Shown here: one piece after another, positions 10,138 through 16,900 of the stretch
How positions within the stretch are numbered: position 1 is the stretch's first letter
Layout of the letters: the number at the start of each line of letters is the position of its first letter
NCBI GenBank assembly: GCA_963676615.1
Contig: OY781092.1
Location: forward strand, 832,001-896,000
Direction of reading: 5' to 3'
Length of the DNA: 64,000 nucleotides
DNA from: Candidatus Cloacimonadota bacterium
GTDB taxonomy: Bacteria; Cloacimonadota; Cloacimonadia; G963667145
Position numbers and translations under genes: made by a program
The notes under the pieces: model-generated
The model's database searches: none
What the model saw: only the letters and a program-made list of their open reading frames with translations
What the model was told of the DNA's origin: nothing

Positions 10138-10919
10138 TTGCTTGCCTCCACAATCGCTCTCTCGATTAACCCCTGAGCCAAAGCTTTGCGATACTCAACG
10201 CTACCTCTGATGTCTTTGCCGAACTCGATCTCGCCAGCAGCCAAAGCAGCCACACTCGCAGCGTCTTTGCCCTCTGCAAAAGCTTTTTCCGCACCGCTAG
10301 CTCTTTTTGCCACTTGCGGTCTTGCACCCACGCTGATAGCCAAGCTATCGCCTTTTTTGGCAACCGCAACATTCAAAACACCAATATCCAGCGTCGTGTG
10401 CTGCAAAATTTGGAAGCTAACACCGTCGAAATTATCGCTAACCACGATTTTTTCCAAAAGGTCGCTTCCACGCTCTCCAGCCAAAAATTCGCCAATGCCC
10501 ATCTCTTTACCAGAAGCGAAAACCAAGCGAGCATCCAACGCAACCAAAGCCGTAATCAAGTTCGAATAGCCCGAACCAGACATCACCGCACCACCAATCG
10601 TCGCCATATTCCTGAACTGCACACCCAATATCAAAGAAGCCGCTTTGCTCAGCGCTCCATCAAAAAACTTCGCCGTCTCCAGCTCCACTTTCCGCAAAGA
10701 GGCAGTCGCCCCAATCTCCACTACATCACCGTTTTTGTTGATAAAATCAAGCCCTAACGCTGACAAATCTACAGCCTTACGACATTTCGTTTTGGCAAAT
10801 CTCAAAAAAAGCCCACCAGCAACAGCAACACTGCCAGAATCCGCCATCAGCTTTGCAGCCTCAGGCAAGCTTTTTGGAGTCACAATTTCATCAAATCTAA
10901 ACATCTCATCCTCCATCAC
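10134..10919 (-). CDS. FAD-binding subunit (YgfM-like)
   Basis: AGG, QFRNMATIGG and DIRGSVEYR motifs; first gene of the second triad. Confidence 0.85.
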   Translation of the reverse strand: MMEDEMFRFDEIVTPKSLPEAAKLMADSGSVAVAGGLFLRFAKTKCRKAVDLSALGLDFINKNGDVVEIGATASLRKVELETAKFFDGALSKAASLILGVQFRNMATIGGAVMSGSGYSNLITALVALDARLVFASGKEMGIGEFLAGERGSDLLEKIVVSDNFDGVSFQILQHTTLDIGVLNVAVAKKGDSLAISVGARPQVAKRASGAEKAFAEGKDAASVAALAAGEIEFGKDIRGSVEYRKALAQGLIERAIVEASK

Positions 10920-11181
10920 TTAAAATATTTGTCCGAAATCAAAGCAAATGCTAAATGTGTCAACTATTAGTTTTGAATTTCAACCAAACGCCTTTGAACA
11001 AAGGTTTTTGTCCGACTTGTGAGAAAATTTTGCTTTTTTTAACGCTTAATTATTAGGAAGTGAAGACGGTCGGCGGCAATATTATCACTCATCAATTGCT
11101 TTGGAGCGCCAGCGACAAAGCCTTCGCCTGCGGCGGGCTTTCTCCTTTTCGGGCGTCCGAAAAGAGAAACAGAAAAGGACG

Positions 11182-11339
11182 CCCGCTTCAAATAGCCAGC
11201 GAGGTTTCGAGAGGTGTCCCAAGAGTTCCGAGGTGAAGAGCACCTCCGCAATTTTTTAGTAGCTGTTTTAGTTGCGATAGCCTGCTTTGCAGTTTTTGTG
11301 GACGGCTGTTTTTCTCGCTGTCTCACCCGATGAAGCGGG
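11182..11339 (+). ncRNA. Candidate structured element E1 (158 nt; other copies 22248-22405 and 23017-23174)
   Basis: Closed by CCCGCTTCA/TGAAGCGGG; inner CAGCGAG/CTCGCTG and GAGGTGT/GCACCTC stems; compensatory changes relative to E3. Confidence 0.4.
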
Positions 11340-11387
11340 ATGCCGCCCCGCCCGCCTGCTCGCCTAGACTGGCGATAGGGCGGAAAC

Positions 11388-11540
11388 CTCCGCTTCAGAA
11401 AAGACTAAAGACACGAACTGTTGTCTTTTGAGCCTGCAACGCTAACCAAAGAAAACCAAAACCTTGCGAAAAAATACACGGGAACGACCACACTTTACTC
11501 TTTCTGGTGACTCGGAGCGTCTTTTGGCATTGAAGCGGAG
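11388..11540 (-). ncRNA. Candidate structured element E2 (other copies 22460-22611 and 23229-23379)
   Basis: Closed by CTCCGCTTCA/TGAAGCGGAG with an inner AAAAGAC/GTCTTTT stem; same flanking architecture as E1 in the opposite orientation. Confidence 0.35.
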
Positions 11541-11719
11541 CGGTTTTCTTTTCTCCTCTATATTTTCTTTGAGCGGTCAAAGAAAAGATGGAGTCACGCT
11601 GAAAGCGTCGCAGTTTTTTTCTCTTACAGAGGGATTATTCGTTACCTTTTTTTGTCTGAACAAAGAAAGGTAACACCAAAAAAAATCAAATCATAAGCCT
11701 AAATTCTAACTTGCAAAAC

Positions 11720-13035
11720 GGCACTGTCCAAAAAAGTGTGTCTGCAGCAAAAAAAACTAGACACAAAAAAAGAATCTCCAATTTTTATAAAAAAAAGAAC
11801 AAAAAAGGAGATTCTTATGCGATTTAACGCAAGTCAACTACAAAAAATTTTAGACGAAAATGTCAATGATTATGGCGCGAATAAATTGATCGAGTTCGTT
11901 TTTAACAGCCTTATGAAGCTGGAAAGACAGGCTTTTATGGCGGAAAACAAAAGCTCAAACAACAAAGGCAACGGCTATCGCAGCAGGTGTTTTTCATCTC
12001 TCAGCGGCAAAATTCAATTCAAAATTCCGCGCGACAGATTCGGTCAATTTTATCCATTTATCTTGGAAATTTTGAAAAAGCAGGAGCAAGAAGTACGAGA
12101 ATTGGCGTTTCAGCTGTATGCTAAAGGCTTGTCTACCAGAGACATAGAGAATGTTTTCGCAAATGTTTTTGGCACGAATTACAAAAAATCGACCATCAGC
12201 AATATCAGCCAAGAATTCAAAGAATTGTTGACAAATTGGCGAAATAGGCCGCTAGAAAAAAACTATCCGATTATTATGATTGACGCCATACATTCCAAAT
12301 TGAGGCGGCTCGACAGTGTTGAAACTGAGGCGTTTTGCGTGGTTATCGGCGTCCGAGAGGACAAAAGTCGGGACATTTTGGCGCTCGAAAATATCCCGAC
12401 CGAGAGCGCTGCTGGCTGGGAATTCTTGTTTAATCGCCTAAAATCGCGAGGCTTGCAAACGACAAAATTGGTCGTGGCTGACGGCCTTGTTGGGCTGGAA
12501 AATGTGGTGAGCAAAGTTTTTAAAAATGCGAAATTTCAAAAGTGTGTAACTCACTTTAAAAGAAGTCTATTAGCTAAGGTCAGGAATAGTGATAAAAGCG
12601 AAATTAGCGACGATTTGAAGGAAATTTTTTGCGTCGGACAAGAACGCTATACGAAAGAAATTGCTTTGAAAAATTTGGATAATTTTGCGAAAAAATGGGG
12701 AGATAAGTATCGATTTACCAAGAAGTTATTAAACAGAGACGATGTCGTTTATTATTTCACTTTTTTGGAGTTTGACCACAGAATTCAGCGGCTGATTTAC
12801 ACCACAAATTGGATCGAAAATTTGAATAAACAGTTTCGGAAAGTTTTGAAAATCAGGAACTCGATGCCCAGCGATGAGTCTGTGCTACTGCTGCTGAGCA
12901 AGGTCGCGATGGACAAGGTCGATAAATATCTGAATTATCCGATTTATCAATTTAAATTTGACAAAATTTTGTTCCCAGAAAGTTAAGAAAATGGAAACCA
13001 AATTGGAGATTAGACACACTTTTTTGGACGGTGCC
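11720..13035 (+). mobile_element. IS256-family insertion sequence, copy 1 (1316 bp)
   Basis: Terminal inverted repeats GGCACTGTCCAAAAAAGTGTGTCT / AGACACACTTTTTTGGACGGTGCC; 8-bp target duplication TGCAAAAC at 11712-11719 and 13036-13043. Confidence 0.97.
11817..12986 (+). CDS. IS256-family (Mutator-type) DDE transposase
   Basis: NGY, IPRDR, GLSTRDI, IDA, VADGL, QKCVTH and IYTTNWIE motifs; ATG at 11817 follows AGGAG. Confidence 0.95.
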   Translation: MRFNASQLQKILDENVNDYGANKLIEFVFNSLMKLERQAFMAENKSSNNKGNGYRSRCFSSLSGKIQFKIPRDRFGQFYPFILEILKKQEQEVRELAFQLYAKGLSTRDIENVFANVFGTNYKKSTISNISQEFKELLTNWRNRPLEKNYPIIMIDAIHSKLRRLDSVETEAFCVVIGVREDKSRDILALENIPTESAAGWEFLFNRLKSRGLQTTKLVVADGLVGLENVVSKVFKNAKFQKCVTHFKRSLLAKVRNSDKSEISDDLKEIFCVGQERYTKEIALKNLDNFAKKWGDKYRFTKKLLNRDDVVYYFTFLEFDHRIQRLIYTTNWIENLNKQFRKVLKIRNSMPSDESVLLLLSKVAMDKVDKYLNYPIYQFKFDKILFPES

Positions 13036-13920
13036 TGCAAAACTCGCTCGTTGCGGCTGTAGCAAAGGCTTTAAGATCAAGTCGGGCAGCCCTTTCGTAA
13101 GAGATTAAATCCTTTGGACAGCCAGCTAACTTCAGTCGTTTGAGCAAGTTTGACGAATTGAGTCTTGAATGATTGCTAACCCGCCCCGCCCGCTTGCTCG
13201 CCTAGACTGGCGATGGGGCGGCGGCGGAATTATCAATTTTCAATTTTTATTTATCAATTGCTTTGGAGCGCCAGCGACAAAGCTTTCGCCTGCGGCGGGC
13301 TTTCTCCTTTTCGTCCGTCCGAAAAGAGAAACAGAAAATGACGCCCGCTTCAAATCTGACACCAAAATAGAGGCTTATCATTTGCTGCTTATATTTTGGT
13401 GTCAGAACCCGATGAAGCGGGATGCCGCCTCTCCCGCTTGTGCGCTCTTCAGCTGGGAAGAAGCAGGCAATAAAAACTCAAATCGGGAAGCGTAAATCTG
13501 ACCACATAAATACGGCTAATCATTTGAGACTTCATTTATGTGGTCAGATAGCTTAACGATTTCGTTTTTTGGTTTTTCTTTGGTTTTTCTTTGGTTTGGG
13601 CATCCAAAAGAAAGGTAAATAAAAAATCACGCTGAAAGCGTCGCGCTTCTCATCCGTGCAGAGCAAGGAGTGCCTGGATTCCTGCCTGCGCAGGAATGAG
13701 GGGGGACTTATGTTTTCCCAAGACGCCAAGGCGTGCCTTGGGCTTCCTGCCTTTCTTCCCTCATTCTCACGGAAGTGGGAATCCATCTCTAACACTATTC
13801 TGAGAAATGTGGCTGGGCGGTGGCGGAATTATCAACTATCAATTGTAACTCATCAATTGCTTTGGAGCGCCAGCGACAAAGCCTTTATTTACTGCTTATA
13901 TTTTGGTGTCAGACCTGCCT
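13036..13920. repeat. Modular repeat cluster 1b (rest of D, heptamers, hairpin A, IR22 elements, REP doublet)
   Basis: Modules recur at 19.3, 22-26, 28-31.6, 57.3 and 62.2-63.8 kb. Confidence 0.9.
13355..13406. repeat. IR22 element: TCTGACACCAAAATA-N22-TATTTTGGTGTCAGA
   Basis: Full copies also at 25343-25396, 28300-28353, 30752-30805 and 57354-57407; variant at 13496-13549; single arms near 13898, 22808, 23577 and 62226. Confidence 0.9.
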
Positions 13921-13930
13921 GTCTTCAAAC

Positions 13931-13964
13931 AAAAAAAGGAGACTCTTTTAACAAAAGAGTCTCC
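13931..13964 (-). terminator. Intrinsic terminator of the large lipoprotein gene
   Basis: Perfect 12-bp stem GGAGACTCTTTT/AAAAGAGTCTCC followed by T7 on the minus strand, 25 bp after the stop. Confidence 0.8.
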
Positions 13965-13989
13965 AAAATAAAGAAACAACTGTCTATAA

Positions 13990-16900
13990 CTAATGTGAAC
14001 TAGAAATGCGGAATCCTATAACATCATAATCTAAAGAAAAATCAAGTCCTGATCTATAATAAACTGTGCAGTAACTTTCAAGTTTACTATACCCGCCCCC
14101 TCTAACAACGCGCTCTGTTCCAGTTTCTGGTCCAGTAGGATCTAACTTTGGACTATTAAAATAGTATGCAGGACTATAAATATCTCTACATAATTCAAAA
14201 ACATTACCGCTCATATCATAAATGCCTAACTCATTTGGCAACAGTCCTCCAACTGGATGGGTTTTGTTATCAGAAGAAGTTTTATACCAGCCACATTTTA
14301 TTAAAGCTTCATCTCCAGAATAAAGCGTTGATTCACTTTTAGTTCCCCCACGAGCAGCAAACTCCCACTGAGCCTCTGTAGGCAACCTATATCTATCAGT
14401 GCTTTCTTTCATATTCAAAAATTCCACAAAAGCGTCCGCTCCATAACAACTAACATAGTTTATCGGGTAATTCTCATTATCTCCGATTACATACAAACTG
14501 TCGCTTCCCGCATCATACCCTATTTTCGGCTGATGATAATCTAAAGTTAACAATTTATTTTCCCCATACATCACCAAGTCTGTGCTGAAACTCAAGCCTT
14601 CCACTCCATTACGCTTTGCCCAATTAAACAGCTCCACAACTTGACCAACAGTAACCTCATGCTTGCCCATATAATAATCTTTGCTTATAAGCACAGTATG
14701 CACAGGCTTAGATTTATTATTACCTTCTTCAGAGCCCATTTCAAAAGAGTCAGCCTCTACCACCACGAAATCCATATTCAAGCTATTGGTAAAAGTTGCT
14801 GCTTCGGTAGTAAAACTCTTGGTCTCACTCACAAGCCTATCATCACCCCGTTTCACCTCAACTTTCCAATAATATTTTGTGCTACATTCCAAGTCCGTTT
14901 TAATGAAACTATCCACCGTTAAACCTGCTGCAGCTACTGACAAACTTCCTTCAGATGTTCCAAAATAAACATCGTAGCTATCTCCATTGCTCGTCCAAGA
15001 AAGCTCTACCTTCAAATTTTGCCCTGTCGCATCATTGTCTGGGCCGCCTAGAGACACAACAAGCTCCTCTTTAGTCGTAAAGCTCCTCACGCTGCTAGAA
15101 ACATCGGCAAAGCCGTCTTTTTTGGTGATAACTTTCCAATAGTATTTTGTGTTATAAGCCAAACCGCTTTTTGTCCAAGAATTTCCTGTCAAGCCACTTG
15201 CTGCTTTTTCCCAATTTGAGTTGTCTTTGCTAATAAAGACAGAGTAATTATCGCCACTACCAGTCCAGCTCAAATCTACGCTCAAATTTTGCCCTGTCGC
15301 ATTTTCCTCTGGAGATGTCAAAGAAACCTTGATATTATCTTTTGTCGTAAAACTTTGAATTTCGGTCTCTTCGGTCTCATCGCCTCTTTTCGTCACAACT
15401 TTCCAGTAGTAAGTCGTCTCATATTCCAAGCCTTTTGCCTGATATTCGCTAGAGGTCAATCCATTAGCGACACTAATCAAATTGGACGCATCTTTTCCCA
15501 TATAAATGTCATAACTATAGCCGTTGCCACTCCAAAAAAGATTCACTGTCAAATTTTGTTCTGCTGCGCTATCTGCTGGCGAAACCAGACTAACAGCCAA
15601 CTTCGCTTTAGTCGTAAAGCTTTGAACGCCGCTCTCCACATCTACATAACCGCTTTTCTTCGCCACAACTTTCCAGTAGTAAGTCGTGCTGTAATCCAAG
15701 TCACCTTTTATCAAAACTTCAGCCGCATGACTACTAGATATTTTGTCCAAATTGTTAGAATCCTCACCAAAATAAACATCGTAACTATCGGCGTTTCCGT
15801 TCCAAGTCAAATCAACACTCAAATTTTGCTCTGTCGCACTGTCCGCTGGAGAAGTCAAAGAAACTACAAGCTCTTCTTTAGTTGTAAAACTGTTAATTCC
15901 GCTCTCACGCATCTCATCGCCTCTTTTTGCCACAACCTTCCAATAGTAAGTTTTGCTATACGCCAACAAGCTTTTCACATAATTTTTTCCCGAAAGATCA
16001 TTAATCTCTTCGCCCAAACTAGTAGAATCAGTTCCAAAGAAAACAGTATAACTATCGCCATTACTAGTCCAAGTCAAATTAACGCTTAGGTTTTGATTTA
16101 TAGCATTTTCCACTGGAGAGCTCAAGCTAACTGCAAGCTCTTCTTTAGTCGTAAAGCTCCTCACGCCGCTAGAAACATCGTCAAATCCATCTTTCTTAGT
16201 GATAACTTTCCAGTAGTAAGTCGAGTCATAAGCCAAGCCTGTTATTAGGTAATTTTTGTCAGTAGTTGCTGTTTTTTTGCTCAAATTGGCCGCAGAAGTT
16301 CCAAACCACACCTCATAACTACTACCTGTGCCGTCCCAAATCAAATCTACGCTCAAGTTTTGACCTGTCGCATTTTCCTCTGGAGAAGTCAAAGACACCT
16401 TGATATTTTCCTTAGTCTTAAAGCTTTGAACGCCGCTTTTTGCAGTTTCGTTGCCTCTATTGGCTACAACTTCCCAATAATAGGTCTTTTCGTAATCCAA
16501 ATCGTCTTTCGACAAAAATTTTGTTTTTTGTCCGCTAGAAATTTCTTTCAAATTTTCAGAATCCTCTCCAAAATAAACATCGTAACTATCGGCGTTTCCG
16601 TTCCAAGTCAAATCAACACTCAAATTTTGCTCTGTCGCACTGTCCGCTGGAGAAGTCAAAGAAACTACAAGCTCTTCTTTAGTTGTAAAACTGTTAATTC
16701 CGCTCTCACGCGTCTCATCGCCTCTTTTTGCCACAACTTTCCAGTAGTAAGTCGAGTCATAATCCAAGCCTGTTATTAAGTAATTTTTGTCAGTAGTTGT
16801 TGCTTTATTGCTCAAACTCTCCGCAGAAGTTCCAAACCACACCTCATAGCTGCTACCTGTGCCGTCCCAGCTCAAATCTACGCTCAAGTTTTGGCCTGTC

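Larger units (their letters stand above)
11069..11719. repeat. Modular repeat cluster 1a (heptamers, hairpin A, domains E1 and E2, start of domain D)
   Basis: Near-identical to 22205-22745 and 22915-23515; continues after the IS at 13036. Confidence 0.9.

Noticed and set aside
10920..11068. Purine riboswitch upstream of the xanthine dehydrogenase-like operon
   Set aside because: No purine aptamer consensus visible on the minus strand.
11182..11339. Hammerhead ribozyme or T-box in E1/E3
   Set aside because: CGAAAC is present on one strand, but no CTGANGA core or T-box consensus was found.
11039..13900. Short ORFs across repeat clusters (also at 19.5, 22.5-23.5, 24.8-26.2, 28.2-29.8 and 31.1-31.8 kb)
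   Set aside because: They are translations of repeat modules in varying frames and strands, with no ribosome-binding sites or family motifs.
13990..14110. Complete diversity-generating retroelement
   Set aside because: No reverse transcriptase, Avd or adenine-variant template repeat in the window. The downstream hairpin is adequately explained as a terminator.
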